From assembly GCA_965262715.1 (NCBI GenBank), contig OZ253553.1:1824001-1888000 (forward strand): DNA of 64,000 nucleotides. The letters run 5' to 3'. A model generated the notes under the pieces. It was given only the letters and a program-made list of their open reading frames with translations. It did no database searches and was not told the DNA's origin. The stretch is from Bdellovibrionales bacterium (lineage in GTDB: Bacteria; Bdellovibrionota; Bdellovibrionia; Bdellovibrionales; JAUICD01). Of the stretch, positions 30,091 to 39,572 are shown piece after piece (the first letter of the stretch is position 1; each line of letters begins with the position of its first letter). The translations under genes and the position numbers were made by a program.

Positions 30091-30745
30091 ACTCACAGTA
30101 GTTATTTTTATGACCATAAGTTTTGTTTCATGTAGCCATATAGCCCATGTCGTGAATAAGGATCATATTCCTTCACAAGGTTCTGATGAAGAATACTCTG
30201 AGGCAAGTCCTTCCCAAAGGAAAAGAGAATACAAAAAAATTTATTGTACTTCAGAGGATGAAAAGAAAGGAATAAAGACAACCATTGATTATTTCCATGT
30301 TGCTTGTGGTCTTTCAAAAATTCAACCCATAGATAATAGAACTTTAGAGATCAAACGTATTGTTTTAGGCGTAGAGAAGTTAACTGTTGGTGATATGTTA
30401 CTAGGACATCATCTTTTGATTTTAAAATCTGGTAATAAAGTTTTAAAGAAGATACAAGTAGAAAAAGAGGGTTATGATCCATTTTGGAGAGAAGTTGTTT
30501 TCGTCAAAATAAGAAAAGGTGTTTATTGGCAGGACCTCAATAATGATGGATATCCTGAGTTTGCTGTACTAAAAACAGATACGGGCAATGCAGCTTATAG
30601 ATCACCGGATATATACACTTTAAAAAATAATTCTTTTTATTTTTATGGAAAAGGAAGGTATGTATGGACTACTGGAGAACATGTTCTGTTCAATTGCCCA
30701 GAATGTACAAGGCGTGATCCAGATGAATGTAAAAAATGCACATAA
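30071..30745 (+). CDS. lipoprotein of unknown function, overlapping the SLT stop
   Basis: MKHLASKLTVVIFMTISFVSC (lipobox-like) from ATG 30071; DLNNDGYPE Ca-binding-like motif; C-terminal CPEC...CKKC. Confidence 0.65.
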   Translation: MKHLASKLTVVIFMTISFVSCSHIAHVVNKDHIPSQGSDEEYSEASPSQRKREYKKIYCTSEDEKKGIKTTIDYFHVACGLSKIQPIDNRTLEIKRIVLGVEKLTVGDMLLGHHLLILKSGNKVLKKIQVEKEGYDPFWREVVFVKIRKGVYWQDLNNDGYPEFAVLKTDTGNAAYRSPDIYTLKNNSFYFYGKGRYVWTTGEHVLFNCPECTRRDPDECKKCT

Positions 30746-30746
30746 T

Positions 30747-30773
30747 TCACTGATATTTAGATCATATCAGTGA
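30747..30773. terminator. hairpin between convergent genes
   Basis: tcactgatat-ttagatc-atatcagtga immediately after the lipoprotein stop; lacks a clear T-tract. Confidence 0.45.
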
Positions 30774-30892
30774 TCTATAATAGTGTAAAAAAGATTTATT
30801 AAATTCTACTGGGTACCTCTTATTTAGCACATCTAGAGAAAATCATAAATGGACAACCTTGTTTACGTTTAAAAGGTCAAAGTAATATATCC

Positions 30893-33800
30893 TTATTTTA
30901 AAAGCCCCATTGAGCAAACAATTTTAGGTTTTTCATCTATTCTTTTGCTTTCTTTTTTATTCACAAGTGTTTCATTTCTGTGTTTTTCATAAACAAGTTT
31001 CAAAATCTCTTTATCTGGTATTTTTCTTCTGAACATTCTTTTTAAAGTTTGTTCTGCCTCATTAGAAAAAGGATAACAATAAATATCTTCTATAATCTGT
31101 TTTATTTCTTCACTTTTTTCATTCATACCATCAAGTTTTTCAAAGAGTTTTCTTCTAGGATTTCGGTTTGTTCCAAGACTTCTAGATTGAGAAGATAGCT
31201 GTTTTAGATTTTCTTCAATGGTGTTTAATCCTGCTCGAACAATTTCATAATGTTTCTCTGTTCTTTGTAATGGCTTTGTGCTCGGTTGACATTCTGCTTT
31301 TTTTAAAATAGCCATTTGATCTTCCGTTACACTCCTGCCTTCTTTATCAAGACAAAGAAGATAATTATTGATATGAGATTTTGCAAAAAGAAGAACCTCT
31401 TCATTTGACTGGCTATCTTTTACTTCTTTTGATGCATGAACAACATCTGGCATATTTTTAATCTTCTCTTCTAAGGAAGGGTCCTTTTTTATCCCTTTAT
31501 TCCATATTTCAAGGGCATAGGAAGCCAGATCAATATCTTCTGATATTTCTTTTTCGAGAGTTTTTGAGTTTTCATTGTACAAATAATCAATGAGTATTCG
31601 TTCTTCGGCCTCAAAAAACTGTTCATCTGTACCTATCACTTCTGCATTTTCCTTAAGTCTATTTTGAATACGACCTCTTAATCTAATTTGTTCTTCTAAT
31701 CCATCATCGGGCATAAAGGAATAACATAGAATTTTATCTGCTTGTTGACCAATGCGATCAATTCGTCCTACTCTTTGGATGAGTTTTATAATAGCCCAAG
31801 GCAAATCATAGTTGACAACTATATTGCAATCTTGAAGGTTTTGCCCTTCACTTAAAACATCCGTTGCAACTAAAATGTCAATTTCTAAATCATGGGATTG
31901 TTTTACATCAAAATTGTTACTACGAGGACTAAACTTATTAATAGTATTTTGTATATTATCTGTTTTTCCAGTTACAAGTGCTATGTTTTTTAAATTTCTT
32001 GTTTGTAGCTGATTTTGTAGATATTCGGCTGTTTCTCTAAATTGAGTGAAAATAAGTGTTTTCTTTTCTTTAAGTTCACTTTTTAAAAGTTCCTCTAATT
32101 TTTCAATTTTAAGATCTTTTTGAGGATTCCAGTCTTTGGATATTTTAAGAAGGTCAATAAATTGCATTGTATCTTCCTTTAAATCCTCTTTTAATTGATC
32201 TGTGAAATAAGAAGAAGAAATCCATCGTAGACTTCTGCTATTTTGTTCTTGATATTTTTTATAAACAGCTTCTGCTTTTTCATAAAAAAGTTGAAAATCA
32301 GTTAGAAAATAAGTTTCTTCTTTATTTTCATCAACATAACCTGTCATTCCGCCTTCTTCTTCATCATCAAAGGCACTAGCTATGATTTCACTGTTTTTTT
32401 CCTTGATAATTAAATCTTTTTTATTATCAATAGCATAAATAAAGATGCAGTTTCTTAGGATATGTCTCTGGACTGACTTTAAAAAAGCAAAACCACTACT
32501 CTCAAGTCTTTTAAATAAACCTATACGACAAAAACCTTTAGGATGAGCACGAGATTGCTCTAAGTCCTTAAAGATTTTTTCTTCTTCTTGTGTAAGTCCT
32601 GTTAAATTTGGTTTTTTATATCCAGATAAACCATAACGAGCCAACCTTAGGTTATTGATCATATCCACAACTTCTTGTGAAAAAAACCTTTTGTATTGCT
32701 CATGAATTTTATATTTAACAGTTTTAGCTATTCTTTCTGGGAAAAACTTTTTATCACCATCAGATCCTTTTAAATAATACCTCCCATGAGTGTCCTTTTC
32801 TCCATAATTTTTTTTGATAAAACTTCTAGTTCTTCGCACCAAAAACTGACTCATCAGTTGTTGCCAATCTTCTGAATAATGGGATTGCTCAAAGGCTTTT
32901 AGTGAGGAGCTTAATCCTGGAAAACCTTCTTGAGACTCTTTTAAAAATCTATTAGGACGAATTCCTAAATCAGTATCTGGATCAATAAATAGTCCAAGTT
33001 GGCTAGATAGATCAGTATAAATTTTATTATAGGGAGTCGCTGACAATAAAACACATTTGCTGTCATTTTGAGCAATGTAATCTTTAATGACCTGATACCT
33101 TTTACCTAAGGGATTTCTCAAATTGTGGCTTTCATCAATAATGACGATGTGGTGTCTTTGCAATTTAGATAGATTATTGAGGACCTGGCTTATAGGGATG
33201 ACTCTACCTCTTACATGATATTTTTGGATATGATCATCCCACATTTTTTCTAGGTTTTTAGGACATAAAATGAGGCTTTGCCATCCATGTTCTTCTTCCA
33301 AGATTTTGGCAACAGTGATAGCCATAAGAGTTTTTCCTAAGCCCACAACATCCCCAAGCAAAACACCGTTTTTGTGATACACATAATGGGTTGCAATGCG
33401 AACAGCCGCCGACTGAAAGTCAAAAAGGATACTTTTTAGCTCTTTAGGTATGAAAAAATCTGTTAGTCCTTTTCTAGCATCTTCTGAGAGATGATAGGCC
33501 ATCTTCATGTAGATATGATAGGGAAGTAAAAGCTCTTCTCCTGCCCAACTTTCTTCAATCAAATTGATGATATATTCTGAAATATCTAAGCTAAATTGAT
33601 CTTGCCATTTTTCTTCAAACCATTGACTTAAGGTTTCACAGGATTGTTGATCTAAAACATCTATATTAAGTTCTCCGTTTTTCTCTAATCCTGCATAAGT
33701 TAAATTGCTGCTTCCAAGAAACCCCACTTTTTTAGCAAACTCTTTTTGATTAAAAGTTAAATACAATTTTGCATGCAAAGGATGACGGGTAAAACATTTG

Positions 33801-34183
33801 ACGATAACTTTTTTGGACTTTATTTGACTAACTAGCTTTCTTAAATTTTTTTCATCTTCATTAGAAGGAACTCCCATCATTAGTTGATTTCTAAACTTTT
33901 TAATGGTTTCTTCTCTTAATTTTCTAGCTTTTTTATTGTCTATCCTTATTGATTCATCCTGCATTAACTCTCTTCTAAGCTCATCATCAGAGGCATACAT
34001 CCCTAAAAGTAGACGACACTGATGATTGTCTTCTCCGTTGTATCTATCAATAAAAGTGGCAATTTTTTTCCAGCCCCTTAGATTAAAATAAGCAGTACAA
34101 ATGTCAGATCTATGAGATCTTTCTAAGGCATCAGCAAGGCCAGATAGAAAGGAAGTATTTTTATTATCATAAATCTTTGGCAT
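30893..34183 (-). CDS. PLD-family nuclease domain + SF2 (SNF2-like) helicase
   Basis: LHAKLY...GSSNLTYAGL..NGELN (PLD), GDVVGLGKT, IDESHN, SATP, IFTQF.ETA, TDVLSEGQNLQ, NYDLPW and QRVGRIDRIG motifs. Confidence 0.93.
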   Translation of the reverse strand: MPKIYDNKNTSFLSGLADALERSHRSDICTAYFNLRGWKKIATFIDRYNGEDNHQCRLLLGMYASDDELRRELMQDESIRIDNKKARKLREETIKKFRNQLMMGVPSNEDEKNLRKLVSQIKSKKVIVKCFTRHPLHAKLYLTFNQKEFAKKVGFLGSSNLTYAGLEKNGELNIDVLDQQSCETLSQWFEEKWQDQFSLDISEYIINLIEESWAGEELLLPYHIYMKMAYHLSEDARKGLTDFFIPKELKSILFDFQSAAVRIATHYVYHKNGVLLGDVVGLGKTLMAITVAKILEEEHGWQSLILCPKNLEKMWDDHIQKYHVRGRVIPISQVLNNLSKLQRHHIVIIDESHNLRNPLGKRYQVIKDYIAQNDSKCVLLSATPYNKIYTDLSSQLGLFIDPDTDLGIRPNRFLKESQEGFPGLSSSLKAFEQSHYSEDWQQLMSQFLVRRTRSFIKKNYGEKDTHGRYYLKGSDGDKKFFPERIAKTVKYKIHEQYKRFFSQEVVDMINNLRLARYGLSGYKKPNLTGLTQEEEKIFKDLEQSRAHPKGFCRIGLFKRLESSGFAFLKSVQRHILRNCIFIYAIDNKKDLIIKEKNSEIIASAFDDEEEGGMTGYVDENKEETYFLTDFQLFYEKAEAVYKKYQEQNSRSLRWISSSYFTDQLKEDLKEDTMQFIDLLKISKDWNPQKDLKIEKLEELLKSELKEKKTLIFTQFRETAEYLQNQLQTRNLKNIALVTGKTDNIQNTINKFSPRSNNFDVKQSHDLEIDILVATDVLSEGQNLQDCNIVVNYDLPWAIIKLIQRVGRIDRIGQQADKILCYSFMPDDGLEEQIRLRGRIQNRLKENAEVIGTDEQFFEAEERILIDYLYNENSKTLEKEISEDIDLASYALEIWNKGIKKDPSLEEKIKNMPDVVHASKEVKDSQSNEEVLLFAKSHINNYLLCLDKEGRSVTEDQMAILKKAECQPSTKPLQRTEKHYEIVRAGLNTIEENLKQLSSQSRSLGTNRNPRRKLFEKLDGMNEKSEEIKQIIEDIYCYPFSNEAEQTLKRMFRRKIPDKEILKLVYEKHRNETLVNKKESKRIDEKPKIVCSMGLLK

Positions 34184-34196
34184 GATCTTGAACTTT

Positions 34197-34831
34197 TTAT
34201 TTTATGTATTCTTCTTGTATGTTATAAAAGTGTTTAAAAGTTTTTTCGCTAAATTTTCCATAAGTCATTATTTCACTTCTTGGTACTATGAGTTCCATAT
34301 CTATAAAATCAGATGCTGTTTCATACTGAGGATAATTTGTGTCCCAAACAACTTGTTTTGTATCCTGCTTTCTATATCCACTTCTAATAGGTATAATGGA
34401 TATAGTTTGAGATTCATGCCTTGATCTTGGATTTTCTGGGTATTTCCATAAAATGCCTATGTAAGCTTTTCCATTTTTAAGGGTTAATAAGACAATTTTC
34501 TTTTCCCATTCAATACACTTTTTACAAAAATTATCATGAATAGGAGGCAACACTCTTTGAATAAATTTCCATCGTACACATAAAGAAAAAATAAAAGATA
34601 TGAAAATTGCAATAAGCAATATAATAAATTTTTGCAAGGATTCACTTAAACCAGAAAAGTAATAAGTGGTTATCAATTCAGATGGCAACCAAGTGACACT
34701 TGCCATAAAGACTAGGAAAAACACATAAGGCCAACCTGATAAGTTGATGGTCGTTTCAGGTCTCGTCTATTGTAGATAAAAAGAAAAATGATGCCAGGGA
34801 CAACCCAGAGGATATTATTTAGATTCAACAT
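34197..34831 (-). pseudogene. DUF6338-like membrane protein, 1-nt frameshift near 34765
   Basis: ATG 34831 gives MLNLNNILWVVPGIIFLFIYNR; the frame then shifts to RPETTINLSGWPYVFF, matching the intact paralog 40540..41202. DUF assignment is recalled from the TM + VLLTLKNGKxYIG pattern. Confidence 0.78.
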
Positions 34832-34832
34832 G

Positions 34833-34994
34833 TTATTTCAGGACTTTTTTCTTATCAAGGCTCTTATGCCATTCAATAATTTTTTTCACTTTAGGATCCT
34901 TCCAAAGTTGTTCTGCAGTAGGCCATGGCTCTGCAACTGTGCCTTTCTTCCAAAAATACCAAATATCATCCTTTTTCTTTTCAGAGTTTGTCAT
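34833..34994 (-). CDS. 53-aa KGTVxEPW-family peptide (not in ORF track)
   Basis: MTNSEKKKDDIWYFWKKGTVAEPWPTAEQLWKDPKVKKIIEWHKSLDKKKVLK; RBS gaaggaatc before the ATG; stop 1 bp before the membrane-protein ATG. Confidence 0.78.
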   Translation of the reverse strand: MTNSEKKKDDIWYFWKKGTVAEPWPTAEQLWKDPKVKKIIEWHKSLDKKKVLK

Positions 34995-35006
34995 GATTCC
35001 TTCTAC

Positions 35007-35210
35007 TTATCTTATCTTATTTTGTGATGATTTTGGATTATTAACAATATTCTGTACTTTTTTTATTTCCTCTTGAAGTTCCTGATCTTCAAAAAGTTCT
35101 TTAGCGGTAGGCCATGGTTCTGAAACAGTTCCTTTGCCATGAATTAACCACTCAAGAAAAGTCGGCTCTTTTTTAGATTTTTTAGCATCTTTTTTTGTAT
35201 CATCAGACAT
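35007..35210 (-). CDS. 67-aa KGTVxEPW-family peptide
   Basis: ...LEWLIHGKGTVSEPWPTAKELFEDQELQEEIKKVQNIV; AGGAG RBS. Confidence 0.8.
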   Translation of the reverse strand: MSDDTKKDAKKSKKEPTFLEWLIHGKGTVSEPWPTAKELFEDQELQEEIKKVQNIVNNPKSSQNKIR

Positions 35211-35327
35211 ATAAATACTCCTATATAAAAATTTAAGATGTCATAAATCATTTTATTAATATCATTAGCACTGTAATTAGTGTTTTCAAAGTGAATTTTT
35301 CTTATACTTTCAATTATTTTTTGTATT

Positions 35328-38300
35328 TTAAGCTGCTTCTTCAGAGAAGTTATTCTTTTTAAAGGCTTCTAAAGCATATTTTTTAAGAGCTTGGAGTCGT
35401 TCTTGATTTTTTCCTGTGGCGAAGGTGCTAAGGACATACTCAAACTCTTCTAAAGTTAGGCCATAAATAGTAGCAACGATAGCGTCAATGTCTCCTTGAA
35501 TCTTCCATCGTTCATCTTTATCTGTAACCCCACCTTTTGCAATACCTATCTCATCAGCCAGCTTGTCAAATTCTTTTCCAATACAAGTGAGTTGTGCCGA
35601 TTTTCTGACCAGTATTTTAAAGTAAGGATCTTTTGCTGTAAGCCTTGGGACACGAAGAGGTGTAACATACTTTTTATTAATATTTGCAGAGACTTTTTGC
35701 CGTATAAAATAATCAATTACAAAACTATTTAAAAAAGCTTGGAGTAATAGCATATATGAATTGTCTGGTTGATATAATTTTTGAGATTGCAGTTGCCGAA
35801 AATTATTTAATTCAAAATAGACTCCATTGAGACTGTATGCTATAAAATTATTTTTTGGAATCACTGATGAAATTAGTTTTCTAGCACCTGTTGAAGCCAA
35901 TTTTCTAATAACAAGTCTATAATTTTTATAACACTTGTTCTTAAAAGGAAGTCCCTTTCCTTGAACTTTTCTTGATTCTATACTTACATAACGATTAACA
36001 GAGGAAGGGTTATAATTAAACTGAAAAGGGTTAATAGCCTTCCCCACGTAAAGAGGCAAGTCTTTCTTAGAGCTTCTTTCTTGTTTGAACAAATGAGAAT
36101 CATTTGTTTCGTCAAATTCTCTATAAAAAATAGGATTCCATAAATTTATTAATTCTTCTCCTAATTGAGAAAACCTCTGTGCTTTTCTGAGCATCTTTTT
36201 ATCTTCTGGGTTTTTAATTTCATTAATGCTCCAATCTCTGGGTGATAACTCTTTGATTTCTTTTATAGATTGTTTGATTGAGTCACTCTCAGGGAAATTT
36301 TTAAGAATTTGTAGATCTTTTTCCTGAAAACAACAGGGAAATTTATCTTGTGGTTTATCATTCTTTAAGTTCAATAATAAAAACTGAACAGTAGAACCAA
36401 CTTCTTCAAATATAGGTCTCCCTTTTCCTTGATTAACAAAAGTGATTAATCCTTCTATTTTTTTGTGGTCAAAGATATGCTTTCTAATTCCAATAGCTCC
36501 ATCGTCACAATATAGTGCCCTTGGCAAAACTGCCCCTAAAAACCCTTTTTTATTTAATAAATCAAGATATCTTTCAGTAAATAATCTATAGCTTTCTATA
36601 TCAGATGAAGTATTCCCTCTTTGTCCATTTATATGGATTACATTTGATGATTGATTATAGTAAAGTTTTGAAAAATAATTTCTTTGAAAAAGGTAGAATT
36701 CTTCTGTTTTTAGATAATCTTTCTTTATGTCAAAATCTTTTAATAAATTTTCTTTTTTCTTATTAAGTTCAGATGTTCTAATTCTTTTTTTATTAAGAAG
36801 CGAGTTATCATATTTTGAAAAAAATTCCTTATCTTCATTTTTTACCTTTTCCCATGGTGGATTAGTGATAATAATATCAAAGCCTCCCTGATCTATAATC
36901 TCATTAAAAGCAAAGTCCCAATGAAATGGTTGTAAAACTTTAAAATCATTTGCAGAGACAGGACGTTTCTTTGTATCTTTCTTTTTACCTTTAATATCTA
37001 TAACTTCACTATATTTTAAGCCTTTTTCATTACATTTGTCTGCAAGAACACCATTGAGTTTTAAGCCTTCATTTTCAACAAATATATTGATTTTACCTTT
37101 TAATTCTTCGAGCTTATCAAAAGATAAATATTGAGTTTTGTATTCATGGACCATTTTACTGTATTTATTTTTTATTTGTGTATAAGAATGTCCATCGAAT
37201 GATAACTGTTCTCCTGATGAGTCCTCTTTCAAAAACCCTATAAGGGAATTTCCACACATAATATTAAAGTCAATATTAGGTAATGGCTCTAATTCTCTTC
37301 TCTCTAAAGCCGAGGCAACAAGAGATAAAAATAACCTGAGTTTACAAACCTCTGTGGCCTCCTTCATAATATCCACACCATAGAGATTCTTTAAAATAAT
37401 GTTCTTTTTGATTCCATAAGCAATGCTTTTATGTGATCTTTCAAAATTTTCTAACCACATCTTTAAATCTCTATTGCCCAATGTTTTTATTTTTCCAATA
37501 ACAGGACTATAAATATACATTAGCCTTTTCATAGCAGAGATGAGAAAAGCTCCTGATCCCACAGCCGGGTCTAAAATAGTCAATGTGTTAAGAATGCTAT
37601 TTTCATCTGTTAAAAGCTTTTTACACAACCCAACATCTAATTTATGTAGCATCTCCTCTATGGTTTTAAATGAGTAGCCCATAGCATTGACCTTATCTAG
37701 GATACATTTATCAATAGTGCTTCGGCTTAAATAGTCTGTGATCTCATCTCTTGTATAATAAGCCCCAAGGCTTTTTTGTTGCAGTTCATTAATGTACTTT
37801 TCAAAGATATAACCTAAAACATCCGGACTAATCTCCTTATCATCTTTATTTTCTCTTTTTTCATCTTGAGTATGCCATTCGTAGTCTTGGAAAATTTTAT
37901 AAGTTTTCTCAAAAGCTTTGTCTTTGATCTTTATTTTGTCATCATATTCTTCCTCAATTGGATGACGGACAAAAAGCCCTCCATTTAAATAATCGATTTG
38001 TCCAAGCAATTGCTTGGCTTTTTCGTTTCTTTCTATTGGCTTTTTGGCAAAGCCTTCAAAAAAAAGCAGCTTCAAGAATTCACAATAGTACTTATCATTT
38101 CCTCTCTCTCTACTCTCATTAAGCTTGGTTTGGAGGTAGTTAATATCATTATTTACAAAAAGCTTTTTTTGTAAGAACCAAATAAACATGAGACGATTTA
38201 GTATAACAGAGGCATACCACTTCTTATCTTTCTCGCTAGGTATGCCTGAAATGTATTTCTGAAAATCAAAGTGATTGTTTTTAAAGTCTGTGTAAAACTT

Positions 38301-38768
38301 TTTTGTGACTCTCTCTGTATTAAAAGCTTGATCTAATTTCTCTCCTATTTCTGTGATCTTGGGATCATCTTCTATACCAAAATGAATACTAGAAAGCTTG
38401 CCAACAAGATCATCTGCATTTTGTCCTCTAAAATAGCTATGGGGTCTAATTTCTCCTTCTTTAGATAGGTAGGAGAGAGTAAAAGAATTTGCATCATTAT
38501 CATTATGAAACAAAATAAGATGTTTATTATGCTGCTTTTTTATTTCTGTATGAAGTTTTTTCTTATCAGAATCACTACAAAACGACATCTTAAATTGTAA
38601 GACAGGAACAGCATTTATTTCTGCTATATAGGAGTAAGAAATTGAACTGCCATTAATATCTAAAGCATGAACAATTCGACTATTTGGATTCTCCCAACCC
38701 AACTCATCTATAAATAGTTTTTCAAAATGAAAGTTTTTTATATGTTCCCTTAATTTTTGAATATTCAT
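35328..38768 (-). CDS. Eco57I-like / type IIG N6-adenine methyltransferase-restriction fusion, intact
   Basis: YLNGGLF, LGYIFE, GAYYT, DPAVGSGAFL (motif I), YGVDI, GNSL and TNPPW (motif IV); C-terminal specificity region. Confidence 0.92.
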   Translation of the reverse strand: MNIQKLREHIKNFHFEKLFIDELGWENPNSRIVHALDINGSSISYSYIAEINAVPVLQFKMSFCSDSDKKKLHTEIKKQHNKHLILFHNDNDANSFTLSYLSKEGEIRPHSYFRGQNADDLVGKLSSIHFGIEDDPKITEIGEKLDQAFNTERVTKKFYTDFKNNHFDFQKYISGIPSEKDKKWYASVILNRLMFIWFLQKKLFVNNDINYLQTKLNESRERGNDKYYCEFLKLLFFEGFAKKPIERNEKAKQLLGQIDYLNGGLFVRHPIEEEYDDKIKIKDKAFEKTYKIFQDYEWHTQDEKRENKDDKEISPDVLGYIFEKYINELQQKSLGAYYTRDEITDYLSRSTIDKCILDKVNAMGYSFKTIEEMLHKLDVGLCKKLLTDENSILNTLTILDPAVGSGAFLISAMKRLMYIYSPVIGKIKTLGNRDLKMWLENFERSHKSIAYGIKKNIILKNLYGVDIMKEATEVCKLRLFLSLVASALERRELEPLPNIDFNIMCGNSLIGFLKEDSSGEQLSFDGHSYTQIKNKYSKMVHEYKTQYLSFDKLEELKGKINIFVENEGLKLNGVLADKCNEKGLKYSEVIDIKGKKKDTKKRPVSANDFKVLQPFHWDFAFNEIIDQGGFDIIITNPPWEKVKNEDKEFFSKYDNSLLNKKRIRTSELNKKKENLLKDFDIKKDYLKTEEFYLFQRNYFSKLYYNQSSNVIHINGQRGNTSSDIESYRLFTERYLDLLNKKGFLGAVLPRALYCDDGAIGIRKHIFDHKKIEGLITFVNQGKGRPIFEEVGSTVQFLLLNLKNDKPQDKFPCCFQEKDLQILKNFPESDSIKQSIKEIKELSPRDWSINEIKNPEDKKMLRKAQRFSQLGEELINLWNPIFYREFDETNDSHLFKQERSSKKDLPLYVGKAINPFQFNYNPSSVNRYVSIESRKVQGKGLPFKNKCYKNYRLVIRKLASTGARKLISSVIPKNNFIAYSLNGVYFELNNFRQLQSQKLYQPDNSYMLLLQAFLNSFVIDYFIRQKVSANINKKYVTPLRVPRLTAKDPYFKILVRKSAQLTCIGKEFDKLADEIGIAKGGVTDKDERWKIQGDIDAIVATIYGLTLEEFEYVLSTFATGKNQERLQALKKYALEAFKKNNFSEEAA

Positions 38769-38871
38769 AAAACTTCATCGTCAAATTAACAATGAAACTT
38801 TATATCACTAACTAAAAATTACCATATTGAAACGTCTTACAAACTTACTCTGAATTTAAAATAATATATAT

Positions 38872-39285
38872 TCAGAGATTGTTAAGAGATACTTTAATAG
38901 CATCTAAATATTGTTCTTGAATGTCTTTTGAAGCTAGCATACATATAAGAATTGCTCTTATAGTTTGGTTTTTTAAGGTAGTTATGTGGTTTAAGCTACC
39001 CTTCCTTTTCTCTTGAAATAATTCGCCTACCTCTAGTTTATATAATAACTTAAATTGAACCCATGTATCTTTCTTAAAAAAATCATCGCCACTAAAGAGG
39101 CAAAAGTTACTATATTTTAAATTGCACCCTCTTTTCTTAGTTCTATAAGGTATTTTTTCCTTTGATGTTGTTTTATAGACAAGACAAAACTCTTTTTGAT
39201 AACTAACAATAATAATAAGCTTTTTGCCTTCTTGACTGTCTTGAAATTTGAACTTCTTATGAAACCAGACCGACCCAACTTCCAT
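38872..39285 (-). CDS. putative PemK/MazF-like toxin
   Basis: GSVWF..FKFQD...KKLIIIV...KTTS pattern; translationally coupled (TAATG) to a Panacea-like remnant. Fold assignment is inference. Confidence 0.5.
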   Translation of the reverse strand: MEVGSVWFHKKFKFQDSQEGKKLIIIVSYQKEFCLVYKTTSKEKIPYRTKKRGCNLKYSNFCLFSGDDFFKKDTWVQFKLLYKLEVGELFQEKRKGSLNHITTLKNQTIRAILICMLASKDIQEQYLDAIKVSLNNL

Positions 39286-39572
39286 TATCTAAATATTTCT
39301 TTCATCTCTTTATCTTCTCTTTCAATTTCTTCAGCTTCTTCAATCGAAATGGTATCAGAGCTTTTATTTTCTAATATATAAGCATAAGGAATAGTCCCTT
39401 GTTTTTTATTTTCATGATTATACACTCTATCCCAAAGATCATTTTTTTCATGTGTTGATTCTACCATATCTTTAGCTGTTGCCTCTTTAAAAATTTCAGC
39501 GAAACGCTTCATAATTTCCTGTTCTCTAATTGAAAAAAGTTTTTTATTAAATTTAAAAGATTTTTTAAGTGA
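39285..39572 (-). pseudogene. C-terminal remnant of a Panacea (SocA/DUF4065)-like antitoxin, fused to IS3 orfB
   Basis: FSIREQEIMKRFAEIFKEATAKDMVESTHE...W...IPY matches the Panacea C-terminal pattern (S-H-E, W, I). Confidence 0.65.

Noticed and set aside
35105..35115. ggtaggcc as an att duplicate of the tRNA-Ile2 3' end
   Set aside because: Only an 8-bp match, explained by the W-P-T codons of the peptide gene.
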